Positions 1 to 11,907 of a stretch of 64,000 bases of DNA are shown in pieces. The notes under the pieces were generated by a model, which saw nothing but the letters and a program-made list of their open reading frames with translations, had not been told where the DNA came from and searched no databases. Every line of letters begins with the position of its first letter. Position 1 is the first letter of the stretch. Both the position numbers and the translations under genes were made by a program. Source of the DNA: an uncultured delta proteobacterium (GTDB lineage: Bacteria; Desulfobacterota; WTBG01; CAIYCZ01); assembly GCA_963803975.1 (NCBI GenBank), contig CAWDOY010000054.1:127607-191606 (forward strand), given 5' to 3'.

Positions 1-1000
1 GTTTCCCAATGAGGTGTATGTGTTTACCCCCAAGGGTGCGGTGTTTGAATTTCCTGCCGGCTCAACACCGGTTGATTTTGCCTATCGCATTCACTCGGAA
101 ATCGGCCACCGCTGCGTCGGCGCAAAAGTGAACGGCAAGCTGGTGCCCCTGAAATACCAGCTCAAAAGCGGGGATGTACTGGAGATACTGACCCTGCCCA
201 GTCATCACCCCAGCAAGGACTGGCTCAAGTTTGTCAAAACCTCCCGCGCCAAAACAAAAATCAACCAGTGGATACGTTCTCAGGAGCGTGAGTCAAGCGT
301 TGCCCTGGGCCGGGAGATCTGTGAACGGGAGCTTGCCCGGCATGAGATCAGCTTCGCAAAAATAGTGCGCGCGGGGGAATTGCTTAAAATTGCGCGGCGC
401 GAAAACATCCGGTCTGTTGATGATTTGCTGGAAGCGATTGGCCGCGGCGGGATAAAGGCAAAGCACATCCTCAATAAGCTGCTGCCAAAGGAGCTGCAGG
501 AGGAAAAAGCCCGGGACGTAAAAACACAGAAACCGGCAAAAACAGGCGCGCAGCAGGGAAATGCCGGCGTGCGCATTCGCGGCGTGGATGACATTATGGT
601 GCGCTTCGGGAAATGCTGCACCCCGCTGCCCGGCGAGAAAATAATGGGCTACATTACCCGGGGCCGGGGCATGACGGTGCATGCGGTTAACTGCCCGTAC
701 ATTGAATCTGCAGATGCCGAGAGAAAGATTGAAGCAGAATGGGACCCCTCATGCCGGATCATCACCCCGGTGAGCATCGAGGTGATGTGCGTTGATCATA
801 AAGGGCTGCTGGCGGATATTACCTCATCGATCGCGGCTGCAGAAGCCAATATCCGCAATGCGCGGGTCGTCACCACCACCGATAAGAAAGGCATCAATAT
901 TTTTGAGATTGAAGTAAGCGACCTCAAACACTTAAACGCGGTGATGAGGTCGATTGAGAAGATAAAAGGGGTGCTGAGTGTTGCGCGGCTCAGGCTTTGA
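1..1000 (+). CDS. relA: RelA/SpoT (p)ppGpp synthetase/hydrolase, C-terminal part (TGS, ZFD, ACT); 5' end lies outside the window
   Basis: VYVFTPKG, TPVDFAYRIHSEIGHRCVGAKVNG (TGS), KCCTPLPGE..GYITRGRG..VHAVNC, C-terminal ACT domain. Confidence 0.95.
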   Translation, partial: FPNEVYVFTPKGAVFEFPAGSTPVDFAYRIHSEIGHRCVGAKVNGKLVPLKYQLKSGDVLEILTLPSHHPSKDWLKFVKTSRAKTKINQWIRSQERESSVALGREICERELARHEISFAKIVRAGELLKIARRENIRSVDDLLEAIGRGGIKAKHILNKLLPKELQEEKARDVKTQKPAKTGAQQGNAGVRIRGVDDIMVRFGKCCTPLPGEKIMGYITRGRGMTVHAVNCPYIESADAERKIEAEWDPSCRIITPVSIEVMCVDHKGLLADITSSIAAAEANIRNARVVTTTDKKGINIFEIEVSDLKHLNAVMRSIEKIKGVLSVARLRL

Positions 1001-1225
1001 TTATATTTCAGCAGACACGGCTGCTTTTATCTGTACCGGCTTTACCACACAGCCTGACCTGATGCACCGGGTGCACACGGTGATGCGTTTTATCATGCCG
1101 CTCGGGCTGATGCTTCTCACTTTCTGAACATTCGGTTTCCAGACTTTTTTGCTCTTGTTATGGGCGTGGCTGATGCTGTAGCCGACCTGTCTTCCCTTGC
1201 CACAGATACTGCATACGTTGCTCAT
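1001..1225 (-). CDS. rpmB: 50S ribosomal protein L28 (Zn-binding type)
   Basis: MSNVCSICGK...SHAHNKSKKVWKPNVQ...VCTRCIRSG; GGAGG RBS. Confidence 0.95.
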   Translation of the reverse strand: MSNVCSICGKGRQVGYSISHAHNKSKKVWKPNVQKVRSISPSGMIKRITVCTRCIRSGCVVKPVQIKAAVSAEI

Positions 1226-1424
1226 GTATTACTACCTCCTGTTACCAAAGAGTTTTCTTCGGACTTGTTTCTCTTATTAACCTGTGATATTGACTAAACC
1301 AAAAAAATAATTTTTATATTTAACATAATAGACAGCCTTAATCAATATAAAAATTAACAGAACTTTCCCCAAAATTAAGGCATAGAAAACCAACAAACGG
1401 CATGACCGAAGTAAAAAAGTGCAT

Positions 1425-1515
1425 AGGGTAAGAGGCTAAAAGGCGAATAGGTTAAAGGGTGGTACTAAACCCGAGTCACTGGTCACGAGTCACTAACCCC
1501 GAGTCCCTACTCCCT
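1425..1515. repeat. Degenerate short tandem repeats (AGGCTAAA-like and GAGTCAC-like units)
   Basis: agggtaagaggctaaaaggcgaataggttaaaggg ... gagtcactggtcacgagtcactaaccccgagtccct. Confidence 0.5.
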
Positions 1516-1609
1516 GCGCTCCAGCAATTACAGCACTATAAATTTTGGGGAAAGTTCTGAAAAATTAAAAGGGCTTTATAAGCGTCTTTATCATAGCGGA
1601 GAGATCAAC

Positions 1610-2731
1610 ATGTACTGTGTAATCATGGCCGGCGGAAAAGGCTCCCGGTTCTGGCCCCGGAGCAGGTCAGCACTGCCAAAACAGCTCCTTGATATTTTCA
1701 GCGACAGGACCATGCTCCAGGAGACCGTGCAGCGCATCGGGGGCCTGATTCCTGCCGAGCGAATCGTTATTGTTACCGGCAGGGAGCATGCTGAAGCAAT
1801 ATACCAGCAGCTGCCGGAAATTCCCCGTGAAAATATTCTTATTGAACCAATCGGCCGCAATACCGCACCGTGTATCTGTCTGGCAGCACTGTGGGTAGAA
1901 AAGAAGGAGCCGGGAGCGGTCATGGCAGTGCTTCCTGCTGACCATTATATCGGCAACCCGCAGGCATTCTGCCACTGCCTGGAGTCAGCTATAGATGCGG
2001 CACAGCAGCTTGACGCCCTGGTCACGGTCGGTATCACGCCCCGCAGTCCTGAAACCGGGTACGGCTATATTCAATACGGCGAAGAAACCGGCACCTACAG
2101 GGGACTGGCCGTCTACCGGGTGCAGCAGTTCCACGAAAAGCCCGTGCTGGCAAAAGCCCGGGAGTTTTTAGCGCAGGGAAATTTTCTGTGGAACAGCGGC
2201 ATGTTTATCTGGAAGGCGGCAACCATCCTCGAAGAAATAAAATCCTGTCTGCCGGAGATGTACAACACGCTGGCAGCGGTTGTGCCTGACCTGGGCACTG
2301 CGCAGGCACAGCTGGCAGTTGATGTGGCATATCAGACCATTGAGGGGATTTCCATTGACTATGGCGTCATGGAGAAGAGCACCAGGGCCGTTATTCTGAA
2401 AGGTGATTTTGGCTGGAGCGACGTGGGCAGCTGGTCGGCAATTTATGATATATCGGGTAAAGACGCGCAGGAAAATGTGGTGAGCGGCGACGTTATTGCC
2501 GTGGATGCGCGCGGGAGTTTAATCTGCTCGCCGAAGAAACTAACCGCTATAGTCGGGCTTGACAATATAATAGTCGTCGAAACAGAGGACGCGCTTCTGG
2601 TGTGCGCCAAAGACAAGGCCCAGGAGGTGAAGAAAGTGGTTGATATACTGGAGCAGCAGGGAAGAAAAGGAATACTTATAAAACAGGGTCCAAGGGTTCA
2701 AGGATTCAAGGGTTCGAGTGTTTTTTATTAA
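1610..2731 (+). CDS. manC: Mannose-1-phosphate guanylyltransferase; true stop probably about 2681 (GRKEYL*) with a 1-nt indel
   Basis: VIMAGGKGSRFWPRSR..PKQ, EPIGRNTAP, PETGYGYI, WNSGMF, SIDYGVME, WSDVGSW. Confidence 0.92.
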   Translation: MYCVIMAGGKGSRFWPRSRSALPKQLLDIFSDRTMLQETVQRIGGLIPAERIVIVTGREHAEAIYQQLPEIPRENILIEPIGRNTAPCICLAALWVEKKEPGAVMAVLPADHYIGNPQAFCHCLESAIDAAQQLDALVTVGITPRSPETGYGYIQYGEETGTYRGLAVYRVQQFHEKPVLAKAREFLAQGNFLWNSGMFIWKAATILEEIKSCLPEMYNTLAAVVPDLGTAQAQLAVDVAYQTIEGISIDYGVMEKSTRAVILKGDFGWSDVGSWSAIYDISGKDAQENVVSGDVIAVDARGSLICSPKKLTAIVGLDNIIVVETEDALLVCAKDKAQEVKKVVDILEQQGRKGILIKQGPRVQGFKGSSVFY

Positions 2732-2781
2732 GGATTTTGTTCGGACACTTGACCCCTCGGCCCCATGAACCCTCGCACCCT
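2685..2781. repeat. Octamer (AGGGTTCA-like) tandem repeat plus its inverted copy, forming a long hairpin
   Basis: agggtccaagggttcaaggattcaagggttcgagtg ... cacttgacccctcggccccatgaaccctcgcaccct. Confidence 0.75.
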
Positions 2782-2793
2782 AAGGAATACATT

Positions 2794-4144
2794 GTGAATG
2801 AGCAGATCTTCCGAGAATATGATATTCGCGGCGTGGTGGGCGTTGACTTGACACCGGAGGTGGTGGAAAATCTTGGCCGGGCTATCGGCACGTATCTGAT
2901 ACGAAACAATGTCACGGAAATGACGCTGGGAAGAGACTGCCGGCTCTCATCTGACAGCCTTAACGACGAGCTTTGCCGGGGCCTTCTTGCCACCGGGATC
3001 AATGTCATTGATATCGGCGTGTGCCATACGCCGCTGCTGTACTTTTCCCTTTTTCATCTGGACAAGAACGGCGGCGTGATGATAACCGGCAGCCACAACC
3101 CGCCTGAGTTCAACGGCTTCAAGGTGTGTCTGGGGAAAGCAACCATCTACGGCGAGGAAATAAAGGCGCTGGAAAAGCTGATCCGGGCGCAGGACTTTGA
3201 GGAGGGCGCGGGCAATTATTCTACTCAGGATGTGCTGCAGGCGTACTGGAACCGGATCGCAGGCGACATAAAACTTGCAAGAAAGCTGAAGATTGTTGTG
3301 GACGCCGGAAACGGCACCGGCGGCCGGGCGGCAGTGCCGCTCCTGCGGCGTTTGGGCGTTGAAGTCATTGAGCTCTACTGCGACATGGACGGCAACTTCC
3401 CGAACCATCACCCTGACCCCACGGTGCCGGAATACTTAAAAGACCTCATCGAAACAGTGAAACGGGAGAAAGCAGCCGCGGGCATCGGCTTTGACGGTGA
3501 CGCGGACCGCATCGGCGTGGTGGACGAGCAGGGCTCTATCATCTGGGGCGACCACCTGATGATACTGTTTGCCCGGGAGGTTCTGAAAGAAGTGCCGGGC
3601 GCGACGTTTCTTTCCGAGGTAAAAGCATCGCAGAACTTTTATAATGATATTAATCAGCGGGGCGGCAGGGCCATCATGGGGAAGACCGGCCACTCGCTCA
3701 TGAAGGCAAAGATGAAAGAGGAGCACGCGCTGGTTGCCGGGGAGGTGAGCGGCCACATGTTTTTTGCCCACCGCTATTACGGCTTTGATGACGCGATCTA
3801 TGCTGCCTGCCGCTTGCTTGAGATCATTTCCCGGAGCGACAAGACGCTGAGCGGTCTTTTAAGCGATGTGCCGAAGACCTGGACGACCCCTGAAATCCGC
3901 GTTGACTGCCCGGATGAGAAGAAGTTTAGCCGTCGTAGAAAAGATACGGAAAATATTCCAGAAGAAATACCAAATCATTGACATTGACGGCGCGCGCATT
4001 CTCATGAGCGGCGGCTGGGGCCTGGTGCGCGCATCAAACACGCAGCCGGTGCTGGTCTTGCGGTTTGAAGCGGATTCAGAACAGCGGCTTGCAGAACTTA
4101 AAAAAGAAGTGTCATCGGTGGTTGAACGGATTATCGCGGAATAG
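2794..4144 (+). CDS. Phosphomannomutase/phosphoglucomutase (AlgC type), frameshift near 3930
   Basis: IFREYDIRG, ITGSHNP (catalytic Ser), FDGDADR, GEVSGH; C-terminal GWGLVRASNTQPVLVLRFEA in another frame. Confidence 0.92.
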
Positions 4145-4229
4145 TTGTGAGCAGTGCATTGACGAGGTAAAACTTTTCGCTTGGGGTTTCCTGATGAAAG
4201 AAATAGAATCACTAAAATGAGGAGGTAAA

Positions 4230-4463
4230 TTATGCCAGCAATTTTCTAAATTCCTCAACAGTTATCCCCAAGTCCGAAATGATAGCAGCGAGGGTTTTTC
4301 TTTTGACCGTTACGGCCGGATGTTTTGGGATGATTACGCGGCGTTTATCAGATTGTCTTTTATAAACAGCGTGACTCGTTCCTGACTGGCGGGAAAATTC
4401 AAAACCCAGTTTTTTTGCAGCCCGTATAACATCTTTTGCAGTTACAGCAGGGAAGCGCGGCAT
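4230..4463 (-). CDS. hicA: HicA-family toxin (mRNA interferase)
   Basis: 77 aa, basic, LGFEFSRQSGTSHAVY..VIIPKH..TLAAIISDLG. Confidence 0.85.
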   Translation of the reverse strand: MPRFPAVTAKDVIRAAKKLGFEFSRQSGTSHAVYKRQSDKRRVIIPKHPAVTVKRKTLAAIISDLGITVEEFRKLLA

Positions 4464-4690
4464 CAGACAGCAACCTTTACCGTGGTTACAGAAACATCAC
4501 CGGAAGGGATTTTTTCCCTGTCTTCAAGATAGTCTTCAATCATAGCCTTGATGGCGGATTTAATTTCAGATAATGTTTCTTCATAGGTTTCACCCTGCAC
4601 ATGGCATCCGGGAATGGATGGGCATGTAGCAAAATATCCGCCTTCTTTGCACGGTTCTATGGCTACCGTGAATGAGTATTCTTTTTTCAT
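4463..4690 (-). CDS. hicB: HicB-family antitoxin (short form, no DNA-binding domain)
   Basis: EGGYFATCPSIPGCHVQGETYEE; stop overlaps hicA start. Confidence 0.88.
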   Translation of the reverse strand: MKKEYSFTVAIEPCKEGGYFATCPSIPGCHVQGETYEETLSEIKSAIKAMIEDYLEDREKIPSGDVSVTTVKVAV

Positions 4691-4715
4691 AAGTATCCCT
4701 TAAATGAAGTTGCGA

Positions 4716-4754
4716 TATACATAAAGTATAGTGATGAGGGTTGAAGATAGTCAA
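4716..4754 (-). promoter_or_regulatory. Sigma70-like promoter of hicBA with an overlapping palindrome
   Basis: Minus strand TTGACT-18-TATACT; TATAC-N5-GTATA inverted repeat at 4716-4730. Confidence 0.55.
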
Positions 4755-4772
4755 TAGAAAAAATTATCTATC

Positions 4773-7589
4773 TTACAGCACCTTTTTCAGATATTCCCCG
4801 GTGTAAGATTTTTTTACCCTGCTAATTTCCTCAGGCGTGCCGCAGGCAACCATATGTCCCCCCCGCTCCCCGCCTTCAGGGCCCAGATCAATGATATGAT
4901 CGGCGGTCTTGATAACTTCCATGTTATGCTCAATCACAATCACCGTGTTGCCGCGGTCAACGAGGCTGTTCAGCACTTCAAGCAGCTTGTGGATGTCGGC
5001 GAAATGAAGGCCGGTGGTCGGCTCGTCAAGTATGTACAGGGTTCTGCCGGTGCCCCGCTTGCTCAGCTCGCGCGAGAGCTTCACCCGCTGCGCCTCACCG
5101 CCGGAGAGCGTTGTCGCCTGCTGGCCGAGGGTGATATAGTCAAGGCCCACATCGCTTAAGGTCTGCAGTTTGGCGCGCAGCGACGGGATGTTTTCAAAAA
5201 AGTCAAGCGCCTGCTGCACGGTCATCTCCAGTACACCTGAAATATTTTTGCCGCGGTAGCGCACCTCAAGCGTTTCCCGGTTGTAGCGCTTTCCTCCGCA
5301 CACATCGCAGGTAACAAAGATGTCGGGGAGAAAGTGCATCTCTATCTTCACCACGCCGTCTCCCTGGCAGGCCTCGCAGCGGCCGCCCTTCACGTTAAAG
5401 CTGTAGCGGCCCGGCTTGTAGCCGCGCATCTTTGACTCAGGCAGCAGGGCAAAGAGGTCGCGGATGTCGGTGAAAACGCCGGTATAGGTGGCCGGGTTGG
5501 AGCGGGGCGTCCTGCCGATGGGTGACTGGTCAATGTTTATGACCTTATCGATAAATTCCGTGCCGGAAATTTTTTTGTGCGCGCCGGCATGCTCTTTACT
5601 GCGGTACAGGCGCTGGGCAAGCGCTGGATAGAGGGTATCGATAATAAGGCTGCTTTTGCCTGAGCCGGAAACCCCGGTGACGCAGATGAAAAGCCCCAGC
5701 GGAAAGGTTACGTCAATCTGCTTCAGATTATTTTCCGCGGCCTGCTTTATTACGAGCTCTTTCCCGTCAGACTTCCTGCGGCAGGCAGGAACCGGGATTG
5801 ATCGTGCGCCGGACAAATACTGCCCGGTGAGCGATTTTTTGTTTTTAATAATCTCCCGCGGTGTTCCCGTAGCCACCACCTCACCGCCGGTGATTCCCGC
5901 GCCCGGCCCCATGTCTATAATGTGATCGGATTCGCGGATGGTCTGCTCATCGTGTTCAACAACAATGACCGTGTTGCCGAGATCGCGCAGGCGCTTGAGC
6001 GTGGCAATGAGGCGCGCGGTATCGCGGGCATGCAGGCCGATGCTTGGCTCATCAAGCACGTACAGGACGCCGGACAGGCCGGAGCCGATCTGGGTTGCCA
6101 GCCGGATGCGCTGCGACTCGCCTCCCGACAGGGTGGCCGCGGTCCGGTCAAGGCTGAGATAATCAACCCCGACATTGGAGAGAAAGGTAAGCCGCTCTTT
6201 AATCTCTTTTAACAGCGGCGCGGCAATCTCCCCGTCCCGCCGCGACAGCTTCAGCCGGGAGATGAACGCAAGCGATTCCTCAACCGTCATGGAGATGAAA
6301 TCGTGAATCGAGGTGTTGTTTATTTTAATATGCAGGCTTTCCCGGCGCAAGCGTTTGCCCCCGCAATCAGGGCAGGGGAGCTGGTTCATGTAGACTTCAA
6401 TCTCTTCCCGTATGGCATCTGAGTTTGTTGCCCGGTAGCGGCGCTCAAGATTGCCGATCACCCCTTCAAATGATTTTTTAAACTCAAAATGGCGCTCGCC
6501 GTCCTTGTAGAGAAACGGTACTTTTTCACCTTTTGAGCCGTAGAGGAGCACGTCGCGGACGGTCTTCGGCAGGTTCTTAAACGGCGCTGCCAGATCAAAG
6601 CGGAAGTGGCGGGAGAGCGCCTCAAGCATCTGTTTAAAAAAGGACGACTCACGCCGCGCCCAGGGAACGATGGCGCCGTCTTTAAGAGAAAGGCCCGGAT
6701 CAGCAACAATGAGGTCAGGGTCAAAGACCATTTTAGCGCCCAGGCCCAGGCAGGCAGGGCATGCGCCGTAGGGGCTGTTAAAGGAAAACGTCCGGGGTGA
6801 AATCTCCGGGTAGCTCACCCCGCAGTCAACGCAGGCTGAGCGCTCATTTAAAAAGAACTCTTCCGCGTCTGCCGGCGCAACCAGGACCATGCCCTGGCCG
6901 AGCTGCGCGGCGGTCTGCAGGGAATCAGCAAGGCGCTTTTCAATGCCGTCTTTTACTACCAGGCGGTCAATGACCGCTTCGATTGAGTGGGTGATGTTTT
7001 TATCAAGATGAAGAGCTGTGGGGAGCTCATGGATGGTGCCGTCAATGCGCACGCGGACAAAACCGTCCTTCTGCAGCTGCTCCAGCTCTTTTTTAAACTC
7101 GCCTTTCCTGCCGCGCACCAGGGGCGAGAAGATGATGAGCCTGGTGCCGGATGGCAGGCTCATGATCCGGTCCACCATCTCCTGGATGGTCTGGGAACTG
7201 ATCTCTTTTCCGCACTGATAGCAGAAGGGCTTTCCTGCCCGGGCAAAGAGCACCCGCAAATAGTCATACACTTCGGTGATGGTGCCGACGGTTGAGCGCG
7301 GGTTTTTGCTGACTGATTTCTGCTCAACCGAGATGGCCGGGGAGAGGCCTTCGATGGATTCGACCTCGGGCTTCTGCATCTGCTCCAAAAACTGGCGCGC
7401 ATACGCTGACAGGGACTCCACGTAGCGACGCTGGCCTTCGGCATAGATGGTATCAAAGGCGAGCGATGATTTACCGGAGCCGCTCAAACCGGTGATAACC
7501 ACGAGCCGGTTCTTCGGGATCTCAAGCGAGATGTTCTTCAGGTTGTGGACTTTTGCGCCACGGATAATAATTTTGTCATGCTGCGGCAT
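4773..7589 (-). CDS. uvrA: Excinuclease ABC subunit A
   Basis: [23 protein letters not shown], two ABC domains, Zn fingers, [11 protein letters not shown]. Confidence 0.98.
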   Translation of the reverse strand: MPQHDKIIIRGAKVHNLKNISLEIPKNRLVVITGLSGSGKSSLAFDTIYAEGQRRYVESLSAYARQFLEQMQKPEVESIEGLSPAISVEQKSVSKNPRSTVGTITEVYDYLRVLFARAGKPFCYQCGKEISSQTIQEMVDRIMSLPSGTRLIIFSPLVRGRKGEFKKELEQLQKDGFVRVRIDGTIHELPTALHLDKNITHSIEAVIDRLVVKDGIEKRLADSLQTAAQLGQGMVLVAPADAEEFFLNERSACVDCGVSYPEISPRTFSFNSPYGACPACLGLGAKMVFDPDLIVADPGLSLKDGAIVPWARRESSFFKQMLEALSRHFRFDLAAPFKNLPKTVRDVLLYGSKGEKVPFLYKDGERHFEFKKSFEGVIGNLERRYRATNSDAIREEIEVYMNQLPCPDCGGKRLRRESLHIKINNTSIHDFISMTVEESLAFISRLKLSRRDGEIAAPLLKEIKERLTFLSNVGVDYLSLDRTAATLSGGESQRIRLATQIGSGLSGVLYVLDEPSIGLHARDTARLIATLKRLRDLGNTVIVVEHDEQTIRESDHIIDMGPGAGITGGEVVATGTPREIIKNKKSLTGQYLSGARSIPVPACRRKSDGKELVIKQAAENNLKQIDVTFPLGLFICVTGVSGSGKSSLIIDTLYPALAQRLYRSKEHAGAHKKISGTEFIDKVINIDQSPIGRTPRSNPATYTGVFTDIRDLFALLPESKMRGYKPGRYSFNVKGGRCEACQGDGVVKIEMHFLPDIFVTCDVCGGKRYNRETLEVRYRGKNISGVLEMTVQQALDFFENIPSLRAKLQTLSDVGLDYITLGQQATTLSGGEAQRVKLSRELSKRGTGRTLYILDEPTTGLHFADIHKLLEVLNSLVDRGNTVIVIEHNMEVIKTADHIIDLGPEGGERGGHMVACGTPEEISRVKKSYTGEYLKKVL

Positions 7590-7624
7590 GCTTATTTTTT
7601 TCTTTGATTCAGAGGGTGTCCTGA

Positions 7625-7652
7625 TTGACAAACAGATACCGTATTATATAAT
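7625..7652 (+). promoter_or_regulatory. Consensus sigma70 promoter for the GAF/HD-GYP gene
   Basis: TTGACA-16 nt-TATAAT, 31 nt upstream of ATG 7684. Confidence 0.65.
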
Positions 7653-7683
7653 CCTTTTCAAGCAAGAACAAAAGAGAGAAGAG

Positions 7684-8757
7684 ATGCTTGACGAGCAACA
7701 GAAGCTGAAAAGAATCATCGCTTTCGGGCTTGAGATCACCCATATTAAAGACCTTGATCTCATCCTGGAGCGGATTCTTGCAGAGGCGCGCCAGCTGGTG
7801 AATGCCGACGCCGGCTCCATATATATCAAGGACAATGACCTGCTGCACTTCACCTGCACCCAGAATGCAACCCTGCAGAAGCAGCTGTCCCCCGGCAGGA
7901 AACTGATCTATGCAACCTTCACCATTCCGGTTGATAACAATTCCATAGCGGGATATGTGGCAGCTGCCGGCACGCACCTGAATATTGAAGACGTAGGCAG
8001 CCTGCCTGCTGCGGTGCCGTATTCATTCAACAGGCAGTACGATGTGCTCTCAGGCTATCACACCCGGTCTGTTCTCGCCATTCCTCTGAAAACACCCCGT
8101 GACGACACGGTCGGGGTACTGCAGCTCATCAACGCCCTGAATGAAAACAATCAGGTCACCCCCTTCTCCGGGGCTGATGAGCCGCTGATCAACAGCTTTG
8201 GCAATTATGCCGCCACTGCCATTGAACGGGCTCAGATGACCCGCTCGATTATCCTGCGGATGATTCGCATGGCAGAGCTGCGTGACCCGGAGGAGACGGG
8301 CGGCCATGTAAACCGGGTCGCCTCCTATGCCATGGAAATCTATGAAACGTGGGCGCTTACAAAGGGGATGCCGCTGCATGAGATTGAGCGCAATAAGGAT
8401 GTTCTGCGGATGGCAGCCATGCTCCACGATGTGGGAAAAATTGCTATTTCCGATACCATCCTGAAAAAGCCCGACCGCCTTGACAGCGGCGAATTTGCAA
8501 CCATGAAGCAGCATGCCCGCCTGGGAGCCCGGCTCTTTTCCGATAAGAATTCAGATTTTGACGAGGCCGCGTACCTGGTGGCATTGACCCATCATGAACG
8601 CTGGGACGGCGGCGGGTATCCCGGGCATATCAATCCTGCCGGCACCCCTGATTTTTCACGGGACTGGCCTTGCCGCGCTGCTGCCATGCGGCTGGCAATG
8701 GTGATGGCTTGGATAAGGCTTGATGGATTGGCAATGCCTTTTCCGGCGATATCATAG
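7684..8757 (+). CDS. GAF + HD-GYP c-di-GMP phosphodiesterase, apparently truncated just after GYP (about 8650)
   Basis: GAF domain; [31 protein letters not shown]; the usual downstream ADVYDAL..R.YK motif is absent. Confidence 0.8.
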   Translation: MLDEQQKLKRIIAFGLEITHIKDLDLILERILAEARQLVNADAGSIYIKDNDLLHFTCTQNATLQKQLSPGRKLIYATFTIPVDNNSIAGYVAAAGTHLNIEDVGSLPAAVPYSFNRQYDVLSGYHTRSVLAIPLKTPRDDTVGVLQLINALNENNQVTPFSGADEPLINSFGNYAATAIERAQMTRSIILRMIRMAELRDPEETGGHVNRVASYAMEIYETWALTKGMPLHEIERNKDVLRMAAMLHDVGKIAISDTILKKPDRLDSGEFATMKQHARLGARLFSDKNSDFDEAAYLVALTHHERWDGGGYPGHINPAGTPDFSRDWPCRAAAMRLAMVMAWIRLDGLAMPFPAIS

Positions 8758-9681
8758 GCAGTGCCGTGGTCAACCGAGGTCCTGATGATGGGCAGGCCGA
8801 GGGTAATGTTGACCCCGTCTTCAAAGTGCAGAAGCTTCAGCGGGATAAGCCCCTGATCATGGTACATGCAGACCACTGCGTCATAACGACCCTGCGCGGC
8901 ATAGTAAAAGAGCGTATCAGCAGGATACGGACCTGAGACATTGACGCCCCGGTGCTGCGCCTGCGGTGATGGCCGGTAGTATTGTCTCCGCTTCTTCACC
9001 GCCGAACATGCCTTCCTCTCCCGCGTGCGGGTTGAGAGACGCAACAGCAATCCGCGGAGCGGGCAGGCTGAAATAGTTCTTCAGCCCCTCAGCGGTGATG
9101 AGCACGGTGTTCAAAATTTTTTCCCGGCTCAGGAGCCGGGGCACCTGGCTTACGGCGCAGTGAATGGTCACCAGCACCACGCGCAGTTTCTCCCCCGCGA
9201 GCATCATCACCACATCCTGCGTATCGGTGAGCCGGGCCAGCATCTCCGTGTGGCCGGGATACGGGTAGCCGCCCTCCTGCAGAGATTTTTTATTTATGGG
9301 CCCGGTCACCATGGCATCGATTTCACGGCACATGGCCATGGCAGCAGCCCGGACAATATACGCTCCCATGGCAGTGCCGGTCTCTTTGTCCGGGTGACCG
9401 TAGCGCAGCGTATCCGGATTAAGGCGCGAGAGGGAAAAGATATCAAGGGTCCCGAAGGTGAACGCAGCCTGCCGCAGGTCTTCAATGACGTGGATGGCGA
9501 GCGGGGAATGGAGGGCTTTTTTTTCTTTTTCCAAAACTGCCGTGTCTCCCAGAACAAACGGCCGGCAGCAACGATATACGTCCTCGCACGACAGCGCCTT
9601 AATCACCACTTCAGGCCCGATGCCGACGGGATCGCCCATGGTGATGCCGATGAGCGGAAGAGCATGCGCGGCGGTATTCAT
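8592..9681 (-). CDS. pdxA: 4-hydroxythreonine-4-phosphate dehydrogenase, frameshift near 8960
   Basis: [59 protein letters not shown] in the second frame. Confidence 0.93.
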
Positions 9682-9684
9682 GTA

Positions 9685-10068
9685 TTACCCCTTTTTATAC
9701 ACAGCCTCTTCCTCAAACATCTTTTCTCCCACGAGTGCCAGGCCGCCGGATTCCCATTTGCGGTAGAAGCAGCTCCGGTAGCCGGTGTGGCAGGCGGCAA
9801 CGATCTGCTCCACCTTCATGAGCACGCAGTCCGCATCACAGTCAATAAAGACTTCTTTTACCTGCTGGGTGTGGCCGGAGCTTTCGCCTTTCATCCAGTA
9901 CTTCTGGCGGGACCTGCTCCAGAAGTGGGTTTTACCGGTCTCAAGGGTGGTCTTGAGAGATTCCCGGTTCATGTAGGCGACCATCAGCACTTCACTATTC
10001 TGCCAGTCCTGGATGATGACCGGTACCAGGCCCTGGCTGTCATACTTGATTTGATCAAACAGTTCCAT
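9685..10068 (-). CDS. hisI: Phosphoribosyl-AMP cyclohydrolase
   Basis: [29 protein letters not shown]. Confidence 0.96.
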   Translation of the reverse strand: MELFDQIKYDSQGLVPVIIQDWQNSEVLMVAYMNRESLKTTLETGKTHFWSRSRQKYWMKGESSGHTQQVKEVFIDCDADCVLMKVEQIVAACHTGYRSCFYRKWESGGLALVGEKMFEEEAVYKKG

Positions 10069-10091
10069 TTTTCTCGTCCAACCTTTCTAAG

Positions 10092-10185
10092 AGGGTCCCA
10101 GGGGCCGAGGGTTCAAGGGTTCCAGCGTAGAAGTATTATTACTTTATTCCACTTGACCCCTTGAATCCTTGAACCCTAGAACCCT
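10092..10185. repeat. Octamer tandem repeat plus inverted copy (same family as 2685-2781)
   Basis: agggtcccaggggccgagggttcaagggttccag ... cttgaccccttgaatccttgaaccctagaaccct. Confidence 0.75.
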
Positions 10186-10963
10186 TTTTTTAGTTTCTCA
10201 CCGCCACTCCCTTTGCCTGCAAGGTACTCTTTTACTTCTTTTACGCTGTACTGCCGGTAGTGAAAAATTGAGGCGGCAAGCACTGCGTCCGCCTCGCCGT
10301 CAGCGAGCGCCGCAAAGAGGTGCTCCATGTTGCCTGCCCCGCCTGAGGCAATAACCGGTATCGTGGTCGCGCGGGATATAGCACGGGTCAGCGGGATATC
10401 ATAGCCGTCCTGGGTGCCGTCGCAGTCCATGCTGGTGAGAAGAATTTCTCCTGCCCCGTGCTGCTCCATACGCTGAGCCCATTCCACGGCATCAATGCCG
10501 GTCGGAGTTCTGCCGCCATGGATGAAGACCTCCCACGCAAGCTGGTCTCCCCTGCCCGCGCGCGCTGTTTAGCGTCTATGGCGACCACGATGCACTGGCT
10601 GCCGAATTTTTCTGCCGCCTGCTTGACAAAAGACTGGTCCTTTACCGCTGCCGTGTTGATGGACACCTTATCCGCGCCGGCATTGAGCAGGTTGCGTATA
10701 TCGTCAAGGGTCCTGATGCCGCCGCCGACCGTGAGCGGCATGAAGACCTCGCTTGCCGTGCGCTGCACCACGTCAAGGATGATATTGCGGCGCTCATGGG
10801 ATGCGGTGATATCAAGAAACACCAGCTCGTCAGCCCGCTCTGTGTCGTAGAACTTGGCGTTTTCAACCGGGTCTCCGGCATCCTGCAGGTTTATGAAATT
10901 GACGCCCTTTACCACCCTGCCGTCTTTAACGTCAAGGCATGGTATGATTCTTTTTGCCAGCAT
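10176..10963 (-). CDS. hisF: Imidazole glycerol phosphate synthase cyclase subunit, frameshifted (about 10490-10550 and probably near the 3' end)
   Basis: [44 protein letters not shown]. Confidence 0.95.
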
Positions 10964-11009
10964 GATTGAACTTCTGCCTCTGTGCCTGCCCCGAGCAGTG
11001 CCGAGGGGC

Positions 11010-11744
11010 CTATTGCCTTTTGCCTTCAGCTATTCTGATACACTCCCGCAGATCAAGGTTCCCGGTATAGAGTGCCCTGCCGATAATGACGCCGCTGACG
11101 CCGAACTGCTCGACGGTGAGCAGCGCTTCAATATCCTCTATCCGCGATACGCCGCCTGACGCGATGACCGGAATGTGCGTGGACCGGGCAAGCAGTGCGG
11201 TACTCTCAATGTTCGGGCCGGTGAGCATGCCATCGCGCTTTATATCAGTAAAAACAATTGCTGCCAGGGGCAGATGCTCTATCTTTTTAACGAGGTCTAC
11301 GACGCTCATCGCGGTCTTTTCCGTCCAGCCCTGGACGCACACCATGCCGTCAGTGGCATCAATGCCGACAATGATTCTCCCCGGCCAGGCCCGGCAGCTC
11401 TCCTCAAGAAAGCGAGGGTCTTTAATGGCGGCGGTGCCAAGTATCACCCGGTCTATGCCGCAGGAAAAATATTCTTTAATGGTTTCAATGTCGCGTATGC
11501 CGCCGCCCAGCTGCACGGGAACCGATACCGCGGAGACTATTGCGTTAATAGCGTCCCTGTTTTTAGGCTGCCCGGAGACTGCGCCATCCAGATCAACCAC
11601 GTGAATTCTTTTGGCGCCCATCCCCTGCCAGGTTTTTGCCATCTCAGCCGGGTTTTCAGAATAGACCGTGGCCCGGTCCATGTCACCCTGACTTAAGCGC
11701 ACACACTGCCCGCCCTTCAGATCAATTGCCGGTATAATAATCAT
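11010..11744 (-). CDS. hisA: ProFAR isomerase
   Basis: [42 protein letters not shown]. Confidence 0.97.
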   Translation of the reverse strand: MIIIPAIDLKGGQCVRLSQGDMDRATVYSENPAEMAKTWQGMGAKRIHVVDLDGAVSGQPKNRDAINAIVSAVSVPVQLGGGIRDIETIKEYFSCGIDRVILGTAAIKDPRFLEESCRAWPGRIIVGIDATDGMVCVQGWTEKTAMSVVDLVKKIEHLPLAAIVFTDIKRDGMLTGPNIESTALLARSTHIPVIASGGVSRIEDIEALLTVEQFGVSGVIIGRALYTGNLDLRECIRIAEGKRQ

Positions 11745-11907
11745 AGATGACTTTCATGCAGCGCTTATGTATACATTAAAACCTAAACAGTGACAACTCA
11801 AAACTCCTGAGGGTCGAACCACCGAAAACGACTGATTTCCTGAGTCGAGTTATTTTTCCATTTTCGGATGAATGAGCCTCAGGCACCGAATCCCTGATTC
11901 CCGGTCC

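Noticed and set aside
7590..7683. LexA box upstream of uvrA
   Set aside because: No SOS-box motif that I can recognise
9025..10164. 379-aa plus-strand ORF and other long antisense ORFs (e.g. 22759-23739, 12356-13090)
   Set aside because: Antisense shadows of well-supported GC-rich genes with no recognisable motifs
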